Assembly (NCBI GenBank): GCA_010909165.1
Contig: MU008205.1
Location: 124,001-188,000 of the forward strand
Origin: Anthoceros angustus
Taxonomy: Eukaryota; Plantae; Anthocerotophyta
DNA length: 64,000 bases
Reading direction: 5' to 3'
In this document: positions 12,561-25,142 of the stretch, piece by piece
Layout of the letters: every line of letters starts with the position of its first letter
How positions within the stretch are numbered: the stretch's first letter is position 1
Notes under the pieces: model-generated
Seen by the model: only the letters and a program-made list of their open reading frames with translations
The model's database searches: none
What the model was told of the DNA's origin: nothing
Program-made: the position numbers and the translations under genes

Positions 12561-15152
12561 GGCAGCCAGCATTCACTTGAGCTCGTTTCTTCTAGGAGAT
12601 GCTACCTTTTCCTTGCATAGAGAGCCAACAAGGGATGTTTGATGCGAGGAGGCTACTTGCAATTAGTATTGAATAGATTGGGGCACAAGGGTGATTTTGG
12701 GAGCGGTTTTCACTAAAACAGTTGGGGTTAACGTTTCATCTTGGAAGGTTGATTATCTTTGTTTGTCGAAAGGCTAGACAAGCTATAGCTTGGCATAGTT
12801 ACATCTTGCTACCATTGGCAAAAGTACTCAAGGAAATTAGATCAAGTTGACAAAGGCATTTTAAGGTGCACAAATCAATTGGGAGTATGTTCAAAAGGGC
12901 TCATAGTTCGAGTCCGCCTCATCGTATGCTCGTTCGAGTTCCCATATGTTCGGGCTTCACAGGTATTTGAATGAGCGTATATTAGTGAATAGATTGGGGA
13001 TTTAGATTTTGATGGGGAGGTGGTGGTTCCGCCTTTTGTGGGCCATATGAAATTCTAATGCCTTCATATAGTTTGCTAATCGTCTAGTTAGCCTTGGTCG
13101 ATTCTGGATCTGCAGTAGTCACTCGTCTCACCGGTCGAATTTACTGATTAAACTTCTCTAGGGAATTCATGCTCTCATTACATTTCTTACTAACAAGGGA
13201 GCATGTGCCGAAAGCTCAAGGCCGGTCCTTGAATATCTACGGAGATTACTTCAAGGATAAGTATGTCTTTGCATTGTTTCCTTGTCCCGTCTATGTACCC
13301 TTTCCTTTCATAAGGCCATTTCGAGCTCGGGAAAGGATGTTTGCTATGAGGAAGGCTAATATTTGCTTGGGTTTGGTTTGGTTTGGTTTGACTATCTTTG
13401 TCTATCCAAAGAAAATTTGGACAAGTAGGAATAGTCGAGGATGTACATGCTACTATCGTTGGCAAAAGTACGGAGGAAACTAGATCAACACTTTAATGAC
13501 AAAGGCATTACGAATGATGAACTAGAAGTATATATGTTCGATTATAAGGGGCTCATGGTTCGAGTCCGCACCATCGTAAAAATAATTCACACATTATAAG
13601 CAAGCCTTGTATATGTTATAATTAAGACCAAACTCAAACCCCAAGCATTGTATCACATTTTGAAATTTCAAAACCTTCTAACACCGCATACATGACGTAT
13701 CGCTCATTCTCAATTCCTCATCGATGTCGTAAGATGATATCTATCGTAGCTCATTATTGTTGTGCGTTAGGCGCCATTGTTGGGTGTTAATTGGGCGCCA
13801 TTATTGTTGCGCCATTATTGTTGGGCGTTGTGCGGCTGGCAAGCCATTCTCGGGCATTAGGCGCCATTGTAGCCATTGTCGGCGTTAGGCGCCATTGTAT
13901 AGCAAGACATTGTCGGTCTTTGGCGCCATTGTATGGCCGGTCATATTTGTCGGGAAACGCAACGCAGATTCTCTTGCACAATATTGGAGCTCGTTTCTTC
14001 TAGGAGATGCTACCTTTTCCTTGCATAGAGAGCCAACAAGGGATGTTTGATGCGAGGAGGCTACTTGCAATTAGTATTGAATAGATTGGGGCACAAGGGT
14101 GATTTTGGGAGCGGTTTTCACTAAAACAGTTGGGGTTAACGTTTCATCTTGGAAGGTTGATTATCTTTGTTTGTCGAGAGAAAGGCTAGAGCTTGGCATA
14201 GTTATCTTGCTACCATTGGCAAAAGTACTCAAGGAAATTAGATGTTGATGACAAAGGCATTTTAAGGTGCACAAATCAATTGGGAGTATGTTCAAAAGGG
14301 GCTCATAGTTCGAGTCCGCCTCATCGATATCGTTCGAGTTCCCATATGTTCGGGCTTCACAGGTATTTGAATGAGCGTATATTAGTGAATAGATTGGGGA
14401 TTTAGATTTTGATGGGGAGGTGGTGGTTCCGCCTTTTGTGGGCCATATGAAATTCTAATGCCTTCATATAGTTTGCTAATCGTCTAGTTAGCCTTGGTCG
14501 GTCGATCTGCGAGTCACTCGTCTCACCGGTCGAATTTGCCGTGATTAAACTTCTCTAGAATTCATGCTCTCATTACATTTCTTACTAACAAGGGAGCATG
14601 TGCCGAAAGCTCAAGGCCATCCTTGAATATCTACGGATTACTTCAAGGATAAGTATGTCTTTGCATTGTTTCCTTGTCCCACGTCTATGTACCCTTTCCT
14701 TTCATAAGGCCATTTCGAAGCTCGGGAAAGGATGTTTGCTATGAGGAAGGCTAATATTTGCTTGGGTTTGGTTTGGTTTGGTTTGACTATCTTTGTTTCC
14801 AAAGAAAATTTGGACAAGTGGGAATAGTCGAGGATGTACATGCTACTATCGTTGGCAAAAGTACTCAAGGAAATTAGATCAACACTTTAATGACAAAGGC
14901 ATTAGAATGAAATGAACTAGAAGTATATATGTTCGATTATAAGGGGCTCATGGTTCGAGTCCGCACCATCGTAAAAATAATTCACACATTATAAGCAAGC
15001 CTTGTATATGTTATAATTAAGACCAAACTCAAACCCCAAGCATTGTATCACATTTTGAAATTTCAAAACCTTCTAACACCGCATACATGACGTATCGCTC
15101 ATTCTCAATTCCTCATCGATGTATCGTAAGATGATATCTATCGTAGCTCATT
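12527..15152. repeat. Tandem duplication, 2 x ~1.4 kb (plus a deleted third copy at ~11290-11985)
   Basis: attgtatggccggtcatatttgtcgg occurs at ~12527 and ~13928. Both copies end in gatatctatcgtagctcatt (~13757, ~15152). Confidence 0.93.
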
Positions 15153-15924
15153 CATTTATTGTCCTCATCTTTTTATTGTCATCCTCGTCTTCGCTTTCGT
15201 CCTCATCTTTGCTTTCATCCTCATCTTCCTTGTCATCCTCGTCTTTGCTTTCATCCTCATCTTCCTTGTCATCCTCATCTTTTCTTTCATCCTCATCTTT
15301 GCTTTCATCCTCATCTTCCTTATCATCCTCATCTTTACTTTCCTCTTCATCTTCCCTTTCGTCCACATCTTCCTCTTCTTCCTTGTTGTCCTCATCTTCC
15401 TCTTCTTCCTTGTTGGCGTCCTCGTCTTGATTCCATGTCCTTCTCATTTTCGCTACCCTCCTCATCTTCCGTAGTCTCTTCATCGATATCCTCTCTACGC
15501 ATCCTCGTCTTCCTCATCATCCGCATCTTCCTTGTCATCCTCATCATCACTATCACCATCATCTTCCCACATCGTCTTCATCTTCCATGTCATCTTCATC
15601 TTCGACTACATGTCTTTCATCAATATCCTCATCTTCTATATCGTCTTCGATTACATGTCTTCCATCAATATCTTCATCTTCCATGTCATCTTCAACAACG
15701 TATATTCCATCGATATCCTCATCTTCCATTTCATCGTTATCTTCCACTACATATCTAGTTCCATCGATATGCTCATGATCATCTTCCACTTCGTGTCTTC
15801 TATCGATATCCTCGTCTTCCATGTCATCCTTGTATTCCAGCACTTCATGGACATGTCTTCCATCAAAATCGTCACATTCTACTACACGTCTTCCACGGCG
15901 GTTGTACCAACTACAAGTTTCCAA
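15148..15924 (-). repeat. Acidic D/E-rich coding minisatellite, probably the C-terminal tail of the CACTA transposase
   Basis: ORFs 15559-15924 (DDMEDEDIDGRHV.E, ~15-aa units) and 15148-15483 (DEDDKEDEDESK, 36-nt units). One added A at ~15905 joins the DUF4216-like WKLVVGT to NRRGRRVVECDD. Confidence 0.7.
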
Positions 15925-18730
15925 GATTTTTGGGTATTTTGCATAAAAGCTCGCTCCAATTTCGGAGATACCATAACGAATGGTTCGTCTTTCAGCTTTT
16001 CTTGAGATAACGTTTTGTTTGGATTCAACATGACCATACCGGTGGAGTCATCTCTTTTCTCTCTGTCCTATCCTCATTCCGGTGTGGAACCACTTTACCT
16101 TGAGCACATTTATATTTGTAGTAACTCCAAAATCAACTTCATAAATCCTCTCCTTTGTTCCAACATACACTGCAATGGGTTCAGGTCACCTGTTTTCAAT
16201 ACATAGAAATGTATATAGTTGTGTTATGATGCTATCACAAGTTTGTTTCCAGCATCAAGATCCGGTCAATATGATGTCCATATGCCCACATCATGCTATA
16301 AGAACGCAGATTCAAATGGCCCTCTTACAAGTGCAACCACCTCCTTTCCATATATTTCTAATGCGTTCCCCTTTTAGATCACTTCCACCTCATCGATTAA
16401 CCACTCCACAAAGGCGATCTTGATTTCATTGTCATCATATACTTCTTTCCATTGCTTAGTCCACTCAGTTCTCTAATATCACTTTCCTCACTTGACTCCT
16501 TTCCACATCTGACAGATGCTTTGTCTTTCCATATCCTTGTAACAACTCCCCACTTTGAGTAACATCTTCTTTCATTGTCCAAATCCGTGGAGCTGCATTA
16601 TGGATATTTCCAAAGAATTCTGAAGAGTAAAACATTGTCTCTTGTGCTAGATATCCTAAAGCCATGCTTCCTTCCGGTCGAGCTTTTTGTCGTACAAGGT
16701 TCTTTAGCACTTTCATATGTCGTTCAAGAAAATACATCCAACGATAGCGTGTGGGCCCACATAATTCAACCTCCTGCACCAGATGAATAACAGCATGGAC
16801 CTGGCTTGTCAGAAATGTTGTAGGAAACTCTCTCTCAAAATGCACATCACCTCCAATTTTGACCTTCATAGCGAATCTCATCCTTCACAATTTCTTTTGC
16901 GGTAAGCCAACGCATTAGTTCTGCGAGATCACATATAGCCTTATGCACATGTGGATGTATCAACCCTCTCAAGGCAATTGGCCATATGTCACATAACAAA
17001 TGATGATGATCATGGGACTTGAGCTGAAATTGTCTCGTGTCCCTTTCTTAAAACAACGTTTCAAGTTGGACCCATACCAGTGGGCATACGGATGTTGCAA
17101 ACCCTTCTCTTCAATTTCTCCAATGCTTTAGGATAAGAATAGTTAGTGCCATGTCCAAGAACCCAAGGTGCTGGAGTCGATATGCACACGTTCCCGCGTT
17201 TCCTTCATCAAGCATCATCTTGTCTCTCTTCCTTTTCCTTGATTGCCTAGGCCTAGGCCCATACTTGGCTTGGGCTTGGCCATGCCATGGCCCTAGCCCT
17301 AGCCCTACCCTTGGGCTTGGGTTTAGGTTGGGGCATCCTTGGGCCACCATTCGCTTGGTATTTGATAGTTCGAGATCTCTCACTGCAAGGGTTTCAAACT
17401 CCCCACAAATGTGCCTCATAATTTGTTCACTAACGTTCTTTCCAATGTGCATGATATCAAAAATTGAAGGTTCATTGCATTGACACCCCAATGGGCTACA
17501 AAGTTCTAAAAGCCTTATAATATATTTGAAGGATAAAAACTCTCTCTTCGATAAGCATGTCTGCTTAGGTTCTCTTCGCTCGGAAGAACACTTGCAACGA
17601 CGTCCATCAAATGTGTCCTTCTCTTCCACTCTAAACTTGTTCCTCGCAAGTGCATTCTAGAATTTTTATCATCGTCATTTTTTAGTGTGTGGTGATCTGC
17701 GTGCTTCAAGTTTATCCCAACATTTTGGACATGCCCGCTTCCCTTTGGTTTGAAGCTTTGAAGTGAGTATATCACGGGTAGTGCATAGTCCACATCAATA
17801 AGGCTTTTAATCTAAATTGTTTTTGAGCATTCCCATCTCCGAGAAATATCGTCCACTATTATGCCTTCTTCCCACAATATCTTCAACTCTTCAATAAGCG
17901 GTCGAAATAAATGTCGCATTTTTCACTTGCTTCGGACCAGAATAATCATTGATAATAATATATGTCCATTGTATGGACATCCATGGAAACAAGTTATAAT
18001 TGACAAGTAGCCAAATGGAATATTGAGAACTCGTGTCCAAAGCGGGTTAATCCCATCGGTAGCCAAATCGAATATTGCGGCGTCTCCATAGCAAACTGAA
18101 ATGTTTGGTCCACATATTCCCACGCTTGGGCATCGATGGTATTCGCATGATCCCATCACTAGACTTAAATGTTGCATGCCAAGACATCATACTAGCTAGC
18201 TTCTTGCACCTAAACATTTGCTTCAACCTAGGAATTAATGGAAATAACGCAACACCTTCACGGTATTTTTTGCCCTTTGTATCCGTTCTATCTATTTGCC
18301 CCACACTTGCAGACATTAGCGGGGCTGTAGCTCGCCATGAAATAATAGGAGTCATTTGGACAAGCATGTATAGATTTATAAGACAGCCAAATCCTTCAAT
18401 AGTTTTCTTATCTCGGCTCTATTCTTGGGCAACTTGTTGTCGTAAGTCCTAAGCTCCTATTAATTCCAACATAGTATTCAGATGCATCCGACAACAATGC
18501 CTCCTCACGGCGTTAAGCAATAATAAGGTAAATGAGCAAATTTGTTTTGGCTCCGGTCCATAAAGATGTGGTTGCATGCATTCTCTTCAATTCCTTAGGC
18601 AAAGAATTTACCTCTTCCTCGGTCAAATCGGCAATACCTACTCCACCAAGTGCCTCCACCATCTCTATAGCCACTTGTTCATGAGGGTGAATGTATTCGT
18701 TTTCTTCCTCATGCATGGATTCACCATGAA
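15880..18730 (-). mobile_element. CACTA TnpD-type transposase, copy 1 (Transposase_21 / DUF4218 / DUF4216-like), frameshifted
   Basis: Motifs in order: HGE; LPKNRAE.RKLLKDL..YKSIHACPND; FPLIPRLKQMF..MSWH..DGIMR; LATDGINP; LSMII.GPKQ; DIMHI.KNV; QLKSHDHH; EREFPTTFLTSQVHAVIHLVQEVELCGPTRYRWMYFLERHMKVLKNLVRQKARPEGSMALGY; VLKVKWF..EPFV. Confidence 0.93.
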
Positions 18731-21700
18731 TTTTTTCCCCTTCAACCTAGAATTTTTGAGCAAACATACATAACATGTTATGAAAATAAAATAAAATAAA
18801 ATAAAATAAAATATACAATACTTTATTATAGGCTAGCTTGACCATGATCTCTAAAGGATATCAATCACCTAGATAAACTATGTTCAAACTTCAAACACAG
18901 TAAGGAAAAACTAATATTCACATCATTAGACATGTCATGCAAATACTACTCTAAATCTACATCCTCTTTCATCAACTTTGCCTTCATCTTTTCCCATTCC
19001 CTTTTGCATATTCTGCGGTATCTACATACTCCTCGCATCCGCACTTGTCTTCATGCATTAACTTTGCCTTCATCTTCTTCCACTCTCTTGCACATACTCT
19101 TTAGTATGTGCATACTCTAACCCTCCCACCTATTGGTTTGAATGTTTTTTGTTTTCTTATGTTTTGTGTGATGGAGTGCTTAGGAAATGTCAAGGCAAGG
19201 CCTTTTATACTAAAAATGGTCCTTGGCCCATGACAATATTACTTTTACAAATAATTAGTCCTTGGGCCTCGAACACCTTGAATATCGAGCCAGCTAGAAG
19301 GTCCTTGGACCTTGGGATTTTAGGAATAAAAATTGTCTATATAAGGTGGGGATCCTTCATTCGGCAGGGCCCGGAACAAGTGGAGGCAGCGGCACCTAGA
19401 AGTTCGGGAAGCTAGCGGAGAGGTATAAGCGGAGAGAGGTGAGGCTAGGGCCGGGGTCAAGGAGGCAAAGCGAAGAAGGGTGAGCAACGGCCACGATGCT
19501 GAAACACCGTTGGGAAGCCACCACGGTGGTGGCACCACGTCGCAGCACCACGGTGGTGGAGCCGGCCATCGTCGCGGAAGAAGGACCCAAGGTGGGGAAG
19601 CCACCGTCGAGGCCAGGGGAGGATGCAACTCCCTCGAGTTCGAGCGGCCCGGGATTGTCCACGAGGCCGGGCATACCCTTCACAGGTTGTGCTCGAAATG
19701 AGCAAGGAGGCTAGAGCATGGGCGAAGGAGCGCAGTTTGCTGTCAGCGATGAGGAGCGAGAAGCGTGCGGGGCGAGCAGACGGGCGCCTCTAGGAGGAGT
19801 GAAGGGACCTCGGATAGCGTGAGGTGGAGATATTAAGGGAGGATCTTTGGATCGGGCGTGGTAGGAGGCGGGGAACACCCATGGGCCGCGGGGCTAGGCG
19901 GCCAGTGAGGCGCTGATTTTAGAGGAGGCATCATAGGTCGAGGCTTTCACTTGGATTAGAGGATAAGGTGCTAGGAAGCTTGTGAATTTGTAGATACCAA
20001 TTGGTAGGCGCGGGGGTTAGCCATCTTTAAACCTGCACATGTGGATGTATCAACCCTCTCAAGGCAATTGGCCATATGTCACATAACAAATGATGATGAT
20101 CATGGGACTTGAGGTGATTGTCTCTGTCCCTTTCTTAAAACAACGTTTCAAGTTGGACCCATACCCAGTGGGCATACGGATGTTGCAAACCCTTCTCTTC
20201 AATTTCTCCAATGCTTTAGGATAAGAATAGTTAGTGCCATGTCCAAGAACCCAAGGTCTTTGGAGTCCGTATATGCGTTCGTTTCCTTCATCAATGCATC
20301 ATCTTGTCCTCTCTTCCTTTTCCTTGATTGCCTAGGCCCATACTTGGCTTGGGCTTGGCATATATTATGGCCTAGCCTAGCCCTACCCTTGGGCTTGGGT
20401 TTAGGTTGGGGCCGTCCTTGGGCCACCATTCTGCTTGGTATTTGATAGTTCGAGATCTCTCGACTACAAGGGTTTCAAACTCCCCACAAATGTGCCTCAT
20501 AATTTGTTCACTAACGTTCTTTCCAATGTGCATGATATCAAACAAGTGTCTAATTAGCAACACAGCCATCATATGCATATTGATGATAATTGTAAGCATT
20601 CAAACTACAAAGTTCTAAAAGCATAATCATTTTATAATATATTAAAGTGAAGGATAAAAACGGGATCGACACCTACCTCCCAATATGGAAGCTCCCAAAA
20701 TTGAAGGTTCATTGCTTGTGACACCCCAAGGCCTAACGATGCCTTAGTTGCGGTTTTCCGTAAAAACTCTCTCTTACGATATCATGGGTTCATCGCTCGG
20801 AAGAACACTTTGCGTCCATCAAATGTGTCCTTCTCTTCCACTCTAAACTGTGTTCCTCGGCAAGTGCATTCTAGAATTTTTATCATCGTCATTTTTTAGT
20901 GTGTGGTGATCTGCGTCAAGTTTATCCCAACATTTTGGACATGCCCGCTTCCCTTTGGTTTGAAGCTTTGAAGTGACCGTATATCACGGTAGTAGTGGTA
21001 GTCCACATCAATAAGGCTTTTAATCTAAATTGTTTTGAGCATTCCCATCTCCAGAAATATCGTCCACTATTATGCCTTCTTCCCACAATATCTTCAACTC
21101 TTCAATAAGCGGTCGGAAATAAATGTGCATTTTTCACTTGCTTGGACCAGAATAATCATTGATAATAATATATGTCCATTGCGTATGGACATCCATGGAA
21201 GTTATAATTGACAAGTAGCCAAATGGAATATTGAGAACTCGTGTCCAAACGGGTTAATCCCATCGTGCAAGCCCAAATCGAATATTGCGTCTCCATAGCA
21301 AACTCGAAATGTTTGGTCCACATATTCCCACGCTGATGGTATTCGCATGATCCCATCACTAGACTTAAATGTTGCATGCCAAGACATCATACTAGCTAGC
21401 TTCTTGCACCTAAACATTTGCTTCAACCTAGGAATTAATGGGAAATAACGCAACACCTTCACGGTATTTTTTGCCCTTTGTATCCGTTCGTATCTATTTG
21501 CCCCACACTTGCAGCACATTAGCTAGCCATGAAAATAATAGGATCATTTGGACAAGCATGTATAGATTTATAAGAGAGCCAAATCCTTCAATAGTTTTCT
21601 TATCTCGGCTCTATTCTTGGGCAACTTGTTGTCATGAGAGTCCTAAGCTCCTATTAATTCCAACATAGTATTCACGGATGCATCCGACCAACAATGCCTC

Positions 21701-23241
21701 CTCGGGCGTTAAGCAATAATAAGGTAAATGACAGCAAATTTGTTTTGGCTCCGGTCCATAAAGATGTGGTTGCGTATGCATTCTCTTCAATTCCTTAGGC
21801 AAAGAATTTACCTCTTCCTCATCAAGTCGGCAATACACTCCACCAAGTGCCTCCACCATCTCTATAGCCACTTGTTCATGAGGGTGAATGTATTCGTTTT
21901 CTTCCTCATGCATGGATTCACCATGAATTTTTCCCCTTCAACCTAGAATTTTTGAGCAAACATACATAACATGTTATGAAAATAAAATAAAATAAAATAA
22001 AATAAAATAAAATAAAATAAAATAAAATAAAATAATACTTTATTATAGGCTAGCTTGACCATGATCTCTAAAGGATATCAATCACCTAGATAAACTATGT
22101 TCAAACTTCAAACACGGAAGGAAAAACTAATATTCACATCATTCACATGTCATGCAAATACTACTCTAAATCTACATCCTCTTTCATCAACTTTGCCTTC
22201 ATCTTTTCCCATTCCTTTTGCATATTCGGTATCTACATACTCCTCGCATCCGCACTTGTCTTCATGCATTAACTTTGCCTTCATCTTCTTCCACTCTCTT
22301 TGCACATACTCTTTAGTATGTGCCACATGTACACTAACCCTCCCACGACTATTGGTTTGAATGTTTTTTGTTTTCTTATGTTTTGTGTGATGGAGTGCTT
22401 AGGAAATGTCCGAGGCAAGGCCTTTTATACTAAAAATGGTCCTTGGCCCATGACAATATTACTTTTACAAATAATTAGTCCTTGGGCCTCGAACACCTTG
22501 AATATCCCGCTAGAAGGTCCTTGGACCTTGGGATTTTAGGAATAAAAATTGTCTATATAAGGTGGGGATCCTTCATTCCAGGGGCCCAAGAGTGGAGAGC
22601 TGCACCTCTGGAGAAGTTCAGAAGCTAGCGGAGAGGTATAAGCGGAGAGAGGTGAGGCTAGGGCCGGTCAAGGGAGGCGAGGCAAACAAGAAGGTGAAAC
22701 AGCCACATCGACCACCGTTGGGGAACACCACGGTGGTGGAGCGCCACCGTCATGAGCCCACCACGGTGGTGGAGCCGCCATCGTCGCGGAAGAAGGACCC
22801 AAGGTGGGGAAGCCACCGTCCCTGTGGGAGGATGCAACTCCCTCGATTCGAGCGGCCACGGATTGTCCGGGAGCCGGGCATACCCTTCCCTTGTGCTCGA
22901 GGAAATGAGCAAGGAGGCTAGAGCATGGGAGGAAGGCGCATTTTGGCTGTCCATGATGAGGAGCGAGGAAAGCGTGCAGGCGATGGGCAGAGCCTCCTAG
23001 GAGGAGTGAAGGGACCTCGGATAGCGGGAGTGAGGTGGAGATATTAAGGAGGATCTTGGATCGGGCGTGGTAGGAGGCGAGGGAACACCCATGGGCAGGG
23101 CTAGGCGGCCCAGGCGCATTTTAGAGGAGGCGGCATCATGGTCGAGGCTTTCACTTGGATTAGAGGATAAGGTGCTAGGAAGCTTGTGAATAGATACCGA
23201 ATTGGTAGGCGCGCTTGTGGTAAGTTAGCCATCTTTAAACC
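16944..23241. repeat. Tandem duplication, ~3.09 kb + ~3.21 kb, inside the CACTA element
   Basis: tgcacatgtggatgtatcaaccctctcaagg starts at 16944 and 20034. ttagccatctttaaacc ends at 20033 and ~23241. Both copies contain (AAAAT)n (~18781, ~21978). Confidence 0.95.
20034..21945 (-). mobile_element. CACTA transposase, copy 2 (N-terminal two-thirds only), with a GT-AG intron at ~20553-20674
   Basis: KVLRYFPLIPRLKQMFRCKKLASMMSWH and DGINPFG motifs. The intron gtaggtgtcg...ttgctaattag precedes HLFDIMHI.KNV. Confidence 0.88.
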
Positions 23242-24393
23242 TTTGGAGGTAGGTTAGCCATCTTTAGACCTTGGGAAAGTGAGCTATGGCGCTGACGGAT
23301 GTATAAGAGACCCTTGAGTGTCTCTCTTAGACAATTTCGGTGTGAGCTCCGTGTGTCGAATTTGTGCGCGTGGTTGGTTGGAGACATCCGATCGATGATG
23401 GGCGATTGATTGTCTTGTCCTCTCGTCACAAGAGGGCGGGAGATCCTGGATGGTCGAGAGTGACCAAGCTCGCGTCTGGGGTGACTAGTGGTGAAGGGTG
23501 CTCAATGCATGCAGGAGGAAATTCCCGAGGGGGAGGTGAGATCGCGGGTGTCGAATCGCTGTGGAGCCGACCATTTGTTTTCCTTTCCCAACCCATCTAA
23601 CAGTTGTGTCTAATCCCAAGTGCAGCCCAAGGAGGGTGTGTGGCCCAAGAGTGCATGTGGCGAGGAGGTCTGTGTGGCCCAAGGAGGGGTCATGTGGCCC
23701 AAGAGAGTGTGTGTGGCTGGAGGGTGTGTGGCCCAAGAGAGGTCTGTGGCGAGGAGAGTCTGTGTGGCCCAAGGAGGGTCTGTGTGGCCCAAGAGTCATG
23801 TGGCTGGAGGGTCGGCCCAGAGAGTGCATGAGAGGAGGATCTGTGGGAACATCTTGTGCTGTGCGGTGGTGTGAGGTCGGAAGAAAGGGGTGAGTGAGTC
23901 GTTGTGTGAAGAGGAGTCTAGGAAGTGGTGGCGTGAGTCTGGAAAATGCGGAGCAGGGAAGGTTGGGAATAAATTGTGGGGTCGAGGAAATTAGCGGCGG
24001 TGAGGTGCATGACGTGCGTGGCCATGGTGTGCATCCACGGTGAGCTACGGGTGTGAATCCACATGAGTGTGACTTGGTGTACATGTGAATCATGTGCATA
24101 GGACCATAGCCCTTAGCAGGCGTAGCGAGGAACCGGCGCCAAATAGTCGATCGCGGCAGCGTGCGCCCGGTCAGTGGGTCCCACCGCGGTGGTGAATCCA
24201 CCACAGCGGTGGCCGAACTTACCACGGTCGTGGGTTCGGACCACGTAGTTGATTGATTTGGGTAGGGCGGTTGTAGGAGGACTAAAATCCATAGTTTTTT
24301 TGAACATCTTGACACAAAACCATTCCCTTGGGATCGAATCCTAGGACTATAACGACATAGAGGGTAAATGTGGCCTCTTTGCGTCTTGGATGC
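22400..24393. mobile_element. Unclassified nested element (LTR-like signals) lying in the putative intron between the SET exon and the transposase
   Basis: Has TATATAA at ~22555, a PPT-like GAGGGGGAGG followed by TG at 23537, internal gtgtggcccaag repeats (23630-23825) and a ...GATGCA end at 24393. A partial copy lies at 19185-20033 and an inverted homologue of its end at ~8340-8420. No pol motif was recognised. Confidence 0.45.
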
Positions 24394-24419
24394 AAAACCA
24401 TTCCTATGTGAATACTCAC

Positions 24420-25142
24420 GCTCTGCAGCCTTTTATTCTTGCTATATCATAATTTGGGTCAAACCAATTGTACTCAACAAACAACTCACCTCACTTCAAT
24501 GGTCCGCCGCCCAAGTGCACACCCACATCATGTGGCTATGATGCAATAGCTCATGCCCATCGTCTCTTTCCTCCCATAGGCAGTTACCTTGTTTCGCTAT
24601 TAATGTAACTGCCACATTCCCATATGCCACATGCCCATCCAAGTACACTATAGGTGACGTAAGCTTCGCCTACATCTGTTGAAAGTTAAGGCATATTTTG
24701 AAACTCGCAATCTCACATCTCCAATCTTGTTAAACTCTTGTATACATGGGACCACCAAACACAAATAATGGAACGCCTTTCTTTTGGCTACTAACACTTA
24801 TTTTTCCAAGGCAAACAAACCCAACCCCATTATTGGATTTGTTGCCTCCTTCACTATCCACCAACGACCCCAATATGGAAATGGTTTGTTAATAGGAATG
24901 GCCCCTCCACATTCCCACTCCTTGGGATATACACCTTTGAGAAGACGCTTGTATAACACAACAGCATCATGAGAGTTTGCATCCTCTCCTCTCGTGGTGG
25001 TAAGGGTGTTCAAGGAAAGGTCCACGTGACTCTCCTTTCCACCCAAATTTTTCCTACTTGAGACATGTGTCCACAGTGCGTTCATCATCGGCATCATCGG
25101 GATCAAGAGTGCTAACATGGTCCTCTATAGGAAGTTCGCCAA
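24420..25142 (-). CDS. SET-domain (lysine methyltransferase-like) exon inside the CACTA element, frameshifted as assembled
   Basis: Acceptor tttgtatag at ~25143 and donor gtgagt at 24419. SET motifs in order: IVKEATNPIMGLGLFALEK (GxGLFA); SKYAL; VYLDGHVAYGNVA[G]YINS..NC (needs one frameshift); RTIEV.GELFVEYNW (ELxxDY-like, needs frameshifts). Confidence 0.65.

Noticed and set aside
10695-14003. Gly/Ala/Trp-rich ORFs in the GGCGCC arrays
   Set aside because: They are stop-poor frames produced by the satellite itself.
15119-16005. Plus-strand poly-Ser and His/Pro-rich ORFs
   Set aside because: These are antisense shadows of the minus-strand acidic repeat.
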